Shown piece after piece: positions 10,556 through 21,900 of a stretch of 64,000 nucleotides of DNA. The stretch lies in assembly GCA_020184695.1 (NCBI GenBank), contig JAANOX010000253.1, positions 62,001 to 126,000 on the forward strand. The letters run 5' to 3'. The notes beneath the pieces are model-generated. The model was not told the origin of the DNA, searched no databases, and saw only the letters and a program-made list of their open reading frames with translations. Origin of the DNA: Histomonas meleagridis 2922-C6/04-290x. Lineage: Eukaryota; Protista; Parabasalia. The number at the start of each line of letters is the position of its first letter. The first letter of the stretch is position 1. The translations under genes and the position numbers were made by a program.

Positions 10556-12394
10556 ATGGAACAAAACCAGACAACCCGCTTAATCCTTCGTTTATTTAAT
10601 CCTAGCACTTCAAAACAAGAAATCATGCAAGCAATTAGTCAATTTGGTCAACTAAAAGATATTCAAACTTTTAGGTATATCTATGAAAATCGTGTTTATA
10701 GCATTCCATTTGTTTTTATAAATTTTTCAGAAACAGACACATATAACAAGCTTCTTCATAGCGACCAATCTCAATTTCAATTTGCCATAATTAACGAATT
10801 CGAAAAAGGATATTCATCCAAATCAATTGCCATTATTTTAGGTCTTCCCAAACCTGACGATCCCAAAATCTACAATGATATGTTTTCATCCTATGGTGCT
10901 CAAGATATTCAATACATCGAAAAAGTCAACAACTGGGATGAAGGTGCGCTTTTACTTCAATTTGAATCTAACATTGCCTGTAAGCGTTTTTGCCAAGCAA
11001 TTGACGGGACATCAATTAATGGACATAAATTATGTTCATTTCCATTTTCGCCAACCCTATCCAACACCTACATTTCACGTTCTTTTACACTTCCACCTCA
11101 CACTCCACAAGATTTTACACTTCTATATTATGATAAAGAATATCCAATTTGGCTTGGTTCAGCCATTTCTCTTTCTACTCAAATTTTTGAATCCTATTCC
11201 ACAGATCCTACTATTACCAAATATGTTGTACCACAAATTCCAGGTCCATTTGAGCTTGTTGTCACTTTTTTCCGTGGCAATTCAATTCAATTGAATTCCA
11301 AAAACGTACCGTTTATTTTTGCCATTAGTGAATCGTTAGGAATTACAGAATTATTACAACTAACAAATCGCTTTTTAACAGATTGCACTGATATTGAAGC
11401 CGAAGCTGAAATGTTACCAGAACTTTATTCATTAGGCTTAGATTATACCAAGCAACTTTCTACAGTTGCTAATTCATTTGATAAACTTCGAAACAATATT
11501 TATGTTAATCGATATTCATCCGAACTTTTATCTATGATATTTTCATCGCCATATTTTTCCATCACTGATGAAAATGATCTTTTAACATATATCCAAACAT
11601 TTCAAGATAATTCACCTCAAAAATATTTAACATTATTAAAACAAATTCGAATCGAACGTCTTAACACAACAAATCTAAAGAAGTTTATATCCGATTCCAC
11701 AATTGATCTCAATGAATATCGAAGTTCATTTCTACAATTAAGTCATCAACTTGAATTTAAACAACAAACAGAAACGCCATCGACAACCACCACAAAGATT
11801 GATTCGAGTATACCGAAACAACTTAAGTCGACAAGTGGAAACTTAAATAGTTTAGCATCGATATTCTCTGCCAATTTATTCGAATATGATAATAATGCCG
11901 AGCATATGTTCAAAGGCATTTTTGCACATTTATATTTAGTCGTTGGACGTAACCCAGTCCTAGCAAACGTTATTCGGATGACTGCATCAAGTACTTCTCA
12001 TTCAACTTTAAGTGTTTTAATTGACCCACATACAAACGATTGGTTCGGCACACAAGATTCCCGCGATTCGTACATAAGAATTAACTTTATGGACTATAGG
12101 GTCTCGTTAACGGGCTACTCATTGAAAACGCACACACACGAAGGTAACGGTCACCTGACGGGGTGGACCATAAGGGGTACCAATAACCCTTCTGGGGCGT
12201 GGACAGAATTACATAGAGTTCCAAATACAAATCAATTTAATCGGTTGGGGGCAGTGGGTTATTTCCGTATTTCCCAAAATACACAATATTATCAACATTT
12301 CGAAATTAAACAAATTAGACAAAACACAATGGGTTACTATAATTTAAGGTTGTCGAAAATAGAATTCTTTGGGTCATTAATGGGAAGAAATTAA
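10556..12394 (+). CDS. RRM-like + BTB/BACK-like + F5/8 type C (discoidin-like) domain protein
   Basis: N-terminal RRM-like segments (FVFINFS, LLLQFES...IDGTSING); BTB-like IPGPFELVVTFFRGNSIQLNSKNVPFIFAISESLGI; C-terminal WFGTQDSRDSYIRINF...YSLKT...LTGWTIRGTN typical of trichomonad F5/8-C proteins. Confidence 0.7.
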   Translation: MEQNQTTRLILRLFNPSTSKQEIMQAISQFGQLKDIQTFRYIYENRVYSIPFVFINFSETDTYNKLLHSDQSQFQFAIINEFEKGYSSKSIAIILGLPKPDDPKIYNDMFSSYGAQDIQYIEKVNNWDEGALLLQFESNIACKRFCQAIDGTSINGHKLCSFPFSPTLSNTYISRSFTLPPHTPQDFTLLYYDKEYPIWLGSAISLSTQIFESYSTDPTITKYVVPQIPGPFELVVTFFRGNSIQLNSKNVPFIFAISESLGITELLQLTNRFLTDCTDIEAEAEMLPELYSLGLDYTKQLSTVANSFDKLRNNIYVNRYSSELLSMIFSSPYFSITDENDLLTYIQTFQDNSPQKYLTLLKQIRIERLNTTNLKKFISDSTIDLNEYRSSFLQLSHQLEFKQQTETPSTTTTKIDSSIPKQLKSTSGNLNSLASIFSANLFEYDNNAEHMFKGIFAHLYLVVGRNPVLANVIRMTASSTSHSTLSVLIDPHTNDWFGTQDSRDSYIRINFMDYRVSLTGYSLKTHTHEGNGHLTGWTIRGTNNPSGAWTELHRVPNTNQFNRLGAVGYFRISQNTQYYQHFEIKQIRQNTMGYYNLRLSKIEFFGSLMGRN

Positions 12395-12571
12395 ATTAAT
12401 AAAATTTTTGGTTTTAATATAATTGTGAAATTAGAATGTGTTTTGGTTTAAATTAATTTTTTTTTTTTTCTTTGTGTGTGTGTGAGAAGGTTTTAATAAT
12501 TTGATTTGAATTATTCAGCAATATTTATTTTGAAATATGGCGATTCAGAAATTCATATTGACTTCGAGAAT

Positions 12572-13629
12572 AAAGAACATTTAAAAAGTAATTATTGTTA
12601 ACTTAAGTATTTTTTAAACATAGTGACATGAAGTTTGAATCATTCTTACAAAATATTATTTAAAAAAAATTGTCATTATTATATAATTTATTTATATTAA
12701 ATGAATATTCGTTATGTTTTATTTTTGTTTCCAATGAAAATTAAGAGGAAGATAAATAGAAATTCCGCGTTTCGTCACCTTGTGTTCTTTATTTATTTTG
12801 TTTCCTTTTGTTGCTTCGTGAATATTTGGAATGTTCTCTTTGATTTCGTTAATATTGTTAATTGACATTTCAATCGTTAATGAAAATTTCGGTTGACAAA
12901 AACTTATATTAACAAAATGTGTTCCAAATGGAATTGAAAATCCAATCGTACTCGAACTTCCTAATGTATAAAGATTCATTTCAAGAAAACTTGTCACGCG
13001 AATACGTTTTAATTCCGTAGTAATTAATGTACTGAAATTACCATAAATAGAACTTAAAATTGTAATTGATGTTCGTTTGAAATAACGTTGATATAAAAAT
13101 GAAATTGACATTTGTTCTTCGTCAAAATCGTGTAAATATTCAAGACCAAAATGTTCAAAATAAATTGATAAACTTGCTGAAAGTGGATTAAAAGATAAAG
13201 AACTAATAAATTTTTTATTACTTTCAATTTTAAATATACTAGAAATACTTCCTGATTCAATAACAAAAGTACTTGATAAATATGTATCATGAAAAAAACT
13301 GGGAAGATATTTAAAACTTGAAGGAAATTTATAACGAAAACAACTACAAAAATATTTATCACTCGATAATTCAATATGAAAAGGTGTTTGTGGTGAAAGA
13401 CGTGAATTTCGTCGAATATTTTTAAGATGTCTTGGTGAATAATCACCTGAAAAGTCAATTGAAAATGGATAAAATAAACGACTTGACAAATAATAATGTT
13501 CATTCTGAAATTTAAATTCTAAATAAGGTTTAGTCGGAAGTTGAAAGATTCGTGATTCTTCAAGATGTTTCGATATTCTTTTCCACATTTGGGGGACGTT
13601 TATACATTCGAACATACATTGTCAATTCC
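12572..13629 (-). repeat. Right inverted arm
   Basis: Reverse complement of 9137-10202. Confidence 0.95.
12719..13615 (-). CDS. Hypothetical Ser/Phe-rich 298-aa protein inside the inverted arm
   Basis: 897-nt stop-free ORF in AT-rich DNA; no family recognised. Confidence 0.55.
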   Translation of the reverse strand: MFECINVPQMWKRISKHLEESRIFQLPTKPYLEFKFQNEHYYLSSRLFYPFSIDFSGDYSPRHLKNIRRNSRLSPQTPFHIELSSDKYFCSCFRYKFPSSFKYLPSFFHDTYLSSTFVIESGSISSIFKIESNKKFISSLSFNPLSASLSIYFEHFGLEYLHDFDEEQMSISFLYQRYFKRTSITILSSIYGNFSTLITTELKRIRVTSFLEMNLYTLGSSSTIGFSIPFGTHFVNISFCQPKFSLTIEMSINNINEIKENIPNIHEATKGNKINKEHKVTKRGISIYLPLNFHWKQK

Positions 13630-13974
13630 CATTTTTATATCAGTTTCTAAAAACTTTTGATTTAGCGTAAATTGACCTTTTTTTTTAGCTAGAAAGTCTT
13701 TTGGTTCTTAACTCACTTAGTGGAGAGTATCCATGGCTTAAACTAAAAAACATTCCATTAATAATAAATTAATTTATTATATTTGGATTTTTTAAAACTC
13801 AAAATGGTTATCAAAAAAAAAATACTTTTCAGAATACGAGAAAAACATTTATTCTTAATGATTTTTACAGAAAAGAAAAAACAAAATTTGAGCAAAATCT
13901 TCTTATAAAATTGAATCAAATTTAATCGTTATCTATTCAAACGGGAAGGTTTAAAACCCAGAAATTTATTTCCC

Positions 13975-14280
13975 ATGTTGGCAGCTTTTATGCTCATTAC
14001 ATTACTCAAGAATATAATGTTAGGAGGGTACACTGAAGCAGATATAAGTTCCAAAAGCGTAAGCGACGCAATGACATTTCTACAAAATCAAAATATCCAA
14101 GAATTATTTCCAGGGGCAAGTGAAAATGCTGAAATAAAAGTCCTTAAGGCGCGCACACAGGTCGTTGCTGGTTTAAACATTGAACTTACCATTCTCGTTG
14201 GCAACCAACAATATATTGTGACAATCTACAACAGATTTGGTGACCTAAGAATTACGTCAGTAAAGCCGTCGAGTGATTAA
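13975..14280 (+). CDS. Cystatin-like cysteine protease inhibitor
   Basis: QVVAG motif, N-terminal LGG, hydrophobic leader. Confidence 0.85.
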   Translation: MLAAFMLITLLKNIMLGGYTEADISSKSVSDAMTFLQNQNIQELFPGASENAEIKVLKARTQVVAGLNIELTILVGNQQYIVTIYNRFGDLRITSVKPSSD

Positions 14281-14366
14281 CTTTATTTTTTAATTTTTTG
14301 ATTTGTTATTGCGATTTTTTGCAAGTATTTTTTTCCCCACTCAAAATTTAAATGGTTTACGTTAAA

Positions 14367-17228
14367 ATGGGGAACAATGTTGTGATTCCTTCTGGTGGAA
14401 AATGGTATACAGAAACATTAAATAGTAAAAACGGGATAAAGTCTGTCAAAAACTTAAATACAGGTGTTTACATGCTCAATCTTGAAGCAAAGGATTTTAG
14501 CAATGAATTATTATTTATAAAAGCAATACAATTTGAATCAAACTTACACAACTGTAACCAAGACTCAAAGTTTTTTGAGAAATTGCAGAGCAGTAAAATT
14601 CCAGGCGTTTCACCATATAGAACCTTAACAGAATCATTTGATAAATCAGGTAAAAAGTATACAAGAGCATTTTTAATACGTAAAAAATATGGGTTTACTC
14701 TTCTTGATATTGCAGAATCTTTAAGTCCCCGAGAAAAATTATGGATAACATATCAATTAATACGAATTATTGGTGAACTTCATTCAAGAAACATAGCGCA
14801 TTATGATTTCAAGCCGAGCAATGTTGCTATTGACTATAATAGCCAAGTTGTTCTTATTGATTTTGCCCCATTTAAACGAAACATTGATTCATCACAACCT
14901 TATCTCTATCTTCATTACTTTTCAGGAAACACTGATTCCAATTCCTTTTATTTATATCCTCTCCGTTATTTTGAGTTCAAACCAGAATCTATTGATTTCA
15001 AATCGTCTGATCTATTTAGCCTTGGTTGTGTTATTGCATTTATTTACCTCGATGGCTCACATCTTTTTGATGTTTTTACTGTTGCTGATTACATTCAAGA
15101 TAATTCAGTTCTTGATTCAAAACTTCTTAAGATTGAAGATCCTGAAATCAAAAAACTTATCAAAGGTCTTCTTAGTCTTAATCCAAAAGAAAGCGAAAGA
15201 GCACTTAGAAATGCCACTTTTCCACGTGAGTTTGATTTAATGTACAAATCGTTTTACACGAAAAGTGACATATATAAACCTTCGAAAGTCAATTCTGCCG
15301 ACAGTATTCTTTTTCTTAATTATTATGCATCCAAGATCACTAATAACACACATACTCCTGAACAACAAGTTGAATTTCTTCATTATCTTATGAAATTTTG
15401 TGGACATATTAATGTTGAAGATCGATTAACTAAACTTATACCAATTTTTTTAGAGTCACTTAATTATAATTCATCTGTTGTTAAAAGGGAATCACTTTCC
15501 ATGATAGCTAATGTTCTTAAAACAGTTGATTCCATTTCTTCTGAAATTCTTGATTTTTTCTATTCCAAAATTAGTTATTTCATTAAAGAAAAATGTTCCA
15601 CTGAAAATGATTTAATATCATTTGCTGAGTTTTTACCACAATTTGGTGTTGAGCTTCAACGTATATCACCAAAAGCATTTCCAATTCTTAGTAAATTAAT
15701 ATCATTTGTATTACATACACCAAATCATTCTAAAACGTTTGAATTTTTTGTCAATTCGTTAATGCTTCAACGAGAAAATTATGATTTTTTTGGTATGACG
15801 TGTATCTTTTTATTATCACAAACGCAAAATGATTTATGGATATTATCGCTTAAATATTTCATAAATTATTTTCGTAATGTTTTACATCCACTTTTATATT
15901 CTAATCAATCATATGATAATATTATTCCGACTGTTTTATATCGAATGAATCAATCGGATAAAATAACATTACTTAGTTTACAGTTATTTCATGTTTTGTT
16001 ATCTAAAGGAGTAATTATTAGTGAATATTCATTTTGTATATATGAAAAGATTGTTAATGAAATAATGAATTTCGATTATAAAGAAATGAATCAACAAATT
16101 GATACTATTGTAAAACAAATAATGGTACATTTTAAACAAATGCAAAAACATAATTTTAGTGATTTATTTAATATCGATAAAAACTCATCAATGAATAAAA
16201 TGAAATCAAATTCGAAAAACGATTTAAATAAAATTAATACACCAAAACTTAGTTTTACTATAACAAAAATTTCTCCTTTTTTCGTTTCATGTTATAAATC
16301 CGATTTTCCTATAAAATTAATATCTGGAAATTCGAAAACTTATATATACATAACACAAAATAAGCGAAATGTAATAAATTGTGGACAACTTCCTTCACGC
16401 GAAAATTTGGTTTCTCAAAAACTTTTCTCTTATGAGAACTTAAACGAAAGTATCATAAATTGTATTTCGATTCCTTCTTCTGATACTAAATATATTATAG
16501 CGACTGATGATAATTCTCTACATAAATTTGATATATCATCAAAGGCTACAATACTTATGTATCAGACTAAGTCTAGAATCAACGCATTAACTACAATCGA
16601 TGCGAATAATATAATGTTTTGTACGAACAATGGAAATTTATACACTTATGACATCAGACAAAAACAACCTGCGTATAATATAAGCTTAGGAATGAGAAAT
16701 ACTTCTTGTTTATGCGCTTGGAAAAGTCGTCCAATGTTAGGCGTAGGATTTAGATTGGGATATACAATGATATTCGACCAACGAATGATGCTTCCGTTAT
16801 ACGCAAAGCAAACAGAGCCAACGATACAAATTTGCCCTTATTTATCCACACAACCGTTGGCATTTGCCGTTAACACTGGCACTTTTGTGCAACTCGAACG
16901 TTCTGGCGAGGAGACCGTTAAGATGATGATGGAGGGAGCAAAAATGTTACCATATGGAAATGAAGCATTCGTAGCTGTAAACTCTGATTGCGCTTTATTG
17001 ATGGATGACGTGGAGAGGAAAAGAGCATTTTATTTACTTGATGGTGATAAAGAGGCAATGAGACCTGACGAATTAAAAGATGGTGAAATATTGGTTAAAA
17101 CAAGGAAAAGAGGTGTGGCGCCTGTACATAGACATACTGGATTCGAGGTAATTTGTGCTGCGAAATGTGGAAATACATTTGCAAGTTGTGATGAATGCGG
17201 TTTTATTAACTTTTGGAGGTTGAATTAA
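14367..17228 (+). CDS. VPS15: Vps15/PIK3R4-like protein (kinase-like + helical + WD40)
   Basis: HYDFKPSNV...LIDFAPFK resembles the Vps15 HGDIKSEN...TDFAxFK motif. Helical middle, beta-propeller-like C-terminus. The second ATG gives MGNN, consistent with the Gly2 myristoylation known for Vps15. Confidence 0.75.
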   Translation: MGNNVVIPSGGKWYTETLNSKNGIKSVKNLNTGVYMLNLEAKDFSNELLFIKAIQFESNLHNCNQDSKFFEKLQSSKIPGVSPYRTLTESFDKSGKKYTRAFLIRKKYGFTLLDIAESLSPREKLWITYQLIRIIGELHSRNIAHYDFKPSNVAIDYNSQVVLIDFAPFKRNIDSSQPYLYLHYFSGNTDSNSFYLYPLRYFEFKPESIDFKSSDLFSLGCVIAFIYLDGSHLFDVFTVADYIQDNSVLDSKLLKIEDPEIKKLIKGLLSLNPKESERALRNATFPREFDLMYKSFYTKSDIYKPSKVNSADSILFLNYYASKITNNTHTPEQQVEFLHYLMKFCGHINVEDRLTKLIPIFLESLNYNSSVVKRESLSMIANVLKTVDSISSEILDFFYSKISYFIKEKCSTENDLISFAEFLPQFGVELQRISPKAFPILSKLISFVLHTPNHSKTFEFFVNSLMLQRENYDFFGMTCIFLLSQTQNDLWILSLKYFINYFRNVLHPLLYSNQSYDNIIPTVLYRMNQSDKITLLSLQLFHVLLSKGVIISEYSFCIYEKIVNEIMNFDYKEMNQQIDTIVKQIMVHFKQMQKHNFSDLFNIDKNSSMNKMKSNSKNDLNKINTPKLSFTITKISPFFVSCYKSDFPIKLISGNSKTYIYITQNKRNVINCGQLPSRENLVSQKLFSYENLNESIINCISIPSSDTKYIIATDDNSLHKFDISSKATILMYQTKSRINALTTIDANNIMFCTNNGNLYTYDIRQKQPAYNISLGMRNTSCLCAWKSRPMLGVGFRLGYTMIFDQRMMLPLYAKQTEPTIQICPYLSTQPLAFAVNTGTFVQLERSGEETVKMMMEGAKMLPYGNEAFVAVNSDCALLMDDVERKRAFYLLDGDKEAMRPDELKDGEILVKTRKRGVAPVHRHTGFEVICAAKCGNTFASCDECGFINFWRLN

Positions 17229-17466
17229 TTGTTTTGTAAATGTTTTGTTTGCGTTTTATAAGTTCAGAAAATCGAATTGTGAAATTATTTTTTTATATGA
17301 AAATTGTCGTTCCAATAACATATATTTCAAATTCGTTTTAAATGTTTATTATTATATATATTTTTCATTATTTCTCATTAAATTATTGTGGAATTATATC
17401 ACTAAAATCCATTTGTGATGCGACTAATCTTTTGAATTAACTCGAATTCAAAAAGTGGCAATTGTC

Positions 17467-18585
17467 ATGGCACAGCACTTCATCTCCAGCAATATCCCCG
17501 TTAATCCTCAGTGTTATGACAACGCAAATGGCGACCTGATTGTTTCCACGAATTACGTTATTGAAAGTCCCAGTGGTTCCAAGTATCAAATAATGCAAAA
17601 ACTTGGAAGTGGTCAATTTGGTCATGTATATCAAGCCAATAACATTGGGGCTCCAATGGCTAATGCACCACAATCAGTAGCAATCAAAATCACAAAATCT
17701 CATTACAGATATCGTCAACAAGCTCAAAGCGAGATTCAAATTCTTAAGCGTATAATGGACAACACAACACCAGAAGAACAGTCAAGCATATCACGCCTCT
17801 ATGAATGGTTTAATTACCATGATCATATTTGCATTGTTATGGAACTTCTATCTCTTAATCTGTATTCTGTCCTTGAATGCCGAAAATTCCATGGTCTTCG
17901 TCTTAGCCTAATCCAAAGTGTTGCTCGAAATCTCATAACAGTTCTTATTGCTCTTAAACGTTGTGAGATTATTCATTGCGACATTAAACCAGAAAATGTT
18001 GTTTTAGCCGATGGTTTTTCAGCTCAAGTCAAACTTATTGATTATGGAAGTTCACAATTTTCTTCACTTTCCAACCATTTTTATATCCAGTCTCGTTACT
18101 ATCGAGCACCTGAAGTTATTTTAGAGCTTAGTTATTCATATCCAATTGATACATGGTCGTTTGGATGTTTACTATTTGAACTCTTTACTGGAATTCCATT
18201 ATTTCCTGGCCAAGATGAGTACCAAATGCTTCTTTTCTTCATCAAATTTCGTGGGATGTTTCCAGAAATGATGTTGCAATCATCTCCACGATACACAGAG
18301 TTTTTCACGCCCGATGGCCAACTGAAAGAAGTCGACCAATACTATATGGAAAAGGATTTAGTCCCAATACCAATTCCACGAATATTCCAATACGATAACA
18401 TAACCGAAATTGTATTGAATTATAAAAATGGAATCGGTAACACACAAGAAGAAAGAAAAGAAGAAAGAGCGAAAAGAATTATATTCATAGACTTCTTGGA
18501 GAAGATATTGGCGTTGGACCCGTTGGATAGATTACAGCCAGAAAATTTGGCGCAACATCCATTTGTGACGACGGATTTCTCATAG
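17467..18585 (+). CDS. CMGC kinase, DYRK/Yak1-like
   Basis: LGSGQFGHV, VAIK, HCDIKPEN, YIQSRYYRAPEVIL. Confidence 0.9.
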   Translation: MAQHFISSNIPVNPQCYDNANGDLIVSTNYVIESPSGSKYQIMQKLGSGQFGHVYQANNIGAPMANAPQSVAIKITKSHYRYRQQAQSEIQILKRIMDNTTPEEQSSISRLYEWFNYHDHICIVMELLSLNLYSVLECRKFHGLRLSLIQSVARNLITVLIALKRCEIIHCDIKPENVVLADGFSAQVKLIDYGSSQFSSLSNHFYIQSRYYRAPEVILELSYSYPIDTWSFGCLLFELFTGIPLFPGQDEYQMLLFFIKFRGMFPEMMLQSSPRYTEFFTPDGQLKEVDQYYMEKDLVPIPIPRIFQYDNITEIVLNYKNGIGNTQEERKEERAKRIIFIDFLEKILALDPLDRLQPENLAQHPFVTTDFS

Positions 18586-18956
18586 AAAATGTGCGTTGTT
18601 CTTTGTTTGGTTCTGTAAATAAAGTTTAAATATATTAATTTGTTTTGTCAAATGAAATACATCAATTAACGTTCTCTTTAATCCACCGTTAATTCTTATC
18701 GGCTTTTTTCGGATTACAGTTGGTGTTGGAATAAAAAATTATTTGAGTATTTTCAAGATAAGTAAGATTAATTATGATATATATTTGACATATCTATCTC
18801 ACATTATTATCCAATATTTTAATACTATTTTTTCTTTGATATATTTTAATGATAGCAAAATATTTTAGTTTTTATTAAAATTTCATGTCACAACGATTCA
18901 AAGGCTATTTGGTCAGCACACTCAAAAAAGTTGCAACCAACTGAAATTTGGGTCAA

Positions 18957-21900
18957 ATGTTTTTCATCTTCTTCCTGACTTGTTCAAGCTTTTTATTGGA
19001 TTTAGAAAGGATATTATCATTTTTATCACGTAAAGGCACAATTACTACATTGTTTGATTTTAGTAATAAGACATATACAGAAGATGATATTGTAAATTTA
19101 GTTAATTCTTTCGCTAGCGATAGTCAAAACTTAATCCCTATATTCCTTACAAATCAGACACGAAATTCTTTAGCTTTTGCTGCAAGCATTTTGAAAGGCA
19201 TGCCTTTAAATCTTGAAGAAATAATCGGTTTTCCAATACAAGGTTTAATCCCAGATATTTTTTATCCAATTTTCGTTGAGGTTCTTGATGGAGAAACAGA
19301 GAAATATGTGAAAGATATTTTGATTTATCTTTACAATAATTTCAACTCATTTAATCTTCAAGACTTTGTTGATTATGTATTACAATTTCATTTTCCTCTT
19401 GAAAACATTGGTAATTTGTTGATGCTTTTATCTGATAATAATTATACAATAAAACAGTTTAATACGGATTTAGGAATTCCCCAACAATCATTTGAGCAAA
19501 TTGATTACTATGCATCTAAATTTACGAAACAATCTTTGATTAATTACCAAACATTTATGTTATTAACTCCATATTTCCCACAACTCATACAAAAATTCTT
19601 TAAGCCATTTGTTGAGTCCATGTGGTTTAAAGTTCAACTTGTTAGAGCTGATCTTGAATTCCGGAACATGACATTTCAAGATGATATGAACATTGCGCAT
19701 TCTGAATTTTATGCTTTTACATCAATGCTTGACTTCTATAAAGAAGTATTTTTATTTTTCAACAAGTTCATACCAAATGAAAAGACTCAAATGGCCATTG
19801 AATCATTACTTTACATCCTAACAGACTCGTTCAATTTGAACTGTTACCTTGAAAAAGTTGGAATTCCGATAGGAGTTATAAAAACTTATTTAGGAAACAT
19901 CACAAAAATAGTTAATGTTAATAATTCGATTAGTGACATTATAAGAATTATTTCAGATATGATACCAAACTCAACGATTTATCTCAATTATACCAATTTT
20001 GTTAAATCATTTGAAACATTATCAAATGATTTTAAAAATTTAAGTTCAGACATTAATATAATGTTTAGTAATTTTATGAATAATTCATTTGGTATTGTAT
20101 TACCAATAACAGTTTCCGATGTATTAAAATTCTCACCATGTTTATTTTATTCATTTAATATGTTAACCAACAATTATTTAACAGAAATTTTTACATATTA
20201 TTTTGATGACACGAAACAATTTCGCGAATTTTTAACATATTTAAAGATAAATGATGATATGTATAAAGAGATAAACATCAGTAAAATCAGTGAATCGATT
20301 CGTTCATTATTTAAAGAGAATTTTAATATAAATTTATTTGATGAAATATTAAATCAAATTTATAATTTAAGTATTAAATTAATTAATAAAATTAATGATT
20401 ACATTGGTAATGAAACAGAATCAAAAATACGAAACATATTAAATATAACACAAAAAATTATTTTGAGGATACAACAAAATGAAAATTATACAATTTGTAA
20501 TTTATTTGATGACATTAAATATAATTCATCAATACTATTAACAGCATTTAAAAACATATCAATTAAATTAAATGAAGGAAGTTCATTAAAAGGAATTGTT
20601 GAAAGTGTTGATCCCAATTTTTGGGATTTAAATAATTCATTTTATAATTTCTATTATTATTATAACTCTGATGAAATAATTGGATTACATAATCTTTATA
20701 ACTTATTTATAGTTTCTAATGAAAGTTATTATAATTTTAGTGTATATAAACTTCATCAAATATTAAAAGAATTTGGTGATAAATATAAACAAACAATTAT
20801 TAATGTTAATGCTAAATTAACAAAAATTTCTGAGTTACCATTAATTAATAATATTTCATTAAATATATCAACAATATGTAATAAATTCATTAATTTATTA
20901 AATGAAACACCAAATAATATATTAAAGAATTTCACTAATGGTATTATAAATATTAATAATTTCACAATGAATTTATATAATATATTAGAAAAAAGTTATA
21001 ATAATGAAAATATTGGTATTACAGATTTAATAAAATTATTATTTAATAAAGAAATTCCAGAATATAAACATTACTTTAATATACCAATTGGATTTTTATT
21101 AGGTAAATTAACATTAAATGATTTAGTTCGAATGGATTCAATTAATTATACTGTTAATGAAGTTATAGATTTAATTCGTTCGTTTTCTAATGAAAATAAT
21201 AATTTAATTCCAAACTTCGTTCAAGAAAAAGATCAACAAAACATTCAAAATGTTTTTAATATATTAACAAATGAAATTAATTTAATTGAAATTTTTAAAC
21301 TTCCTGATATAAGTTCATATATATCACTCATTAAAATATTTATAAATCAATATGTTAATGATGATTTAACTCTTATTTTTAATTGGAATTCAGTAATAGT
21401 CAAAAATGTTATTAATTATATTGTTGAACATTTAAATAATATTAAAATTGTTAATATATTTTCTGAAATTGGAATTAATTTAAATGTTAATAATATAATA
21501 AATTTATTAAATATATTTATAAATAATAAATATACAATACCTAATTTCAATAATGATATTAATCTAAATAATATTTATTATGAACCAATCAAAACTTTAT
21601 CGAATATATTTAATTCTACTTCATTAATTAATAAAGAATTAATTTTATATGTAATGAAATCAGGTTATTTAACCGAAGTTATAAATCAAGTTATTCAACC
21701 TTATATATCTCCAATACAACAAATTCTTCAAATTATATTAAAACTTTTAGATTTTAAAGAAGTTCCACCATTTTTACGTATTGAAAAGATCCAAACTAAT
21801 TTAATAACTTTATTAAAATTTGTCTCAGGAATACTTCAATTATTTTCACCAGAAGTTATACCTGATTTAAACATAGTTATCAATATTTTAAGTGATAATT

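Larger units (their letters stand above)
9137..13629. mobile_element. Foldback/Pack-type element with about 1.06-kb inverted arms, an 8-bp flanking direct repeat and a cargo gene
   Basis: Termini GGAATTGACAATGTATG...CATACATTGTCAATTCC. CATTTTTA lies at 9129-9136 and at 13630-13637, directly abutting both ends. No recognisable transposase. Confidence 0.65.
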
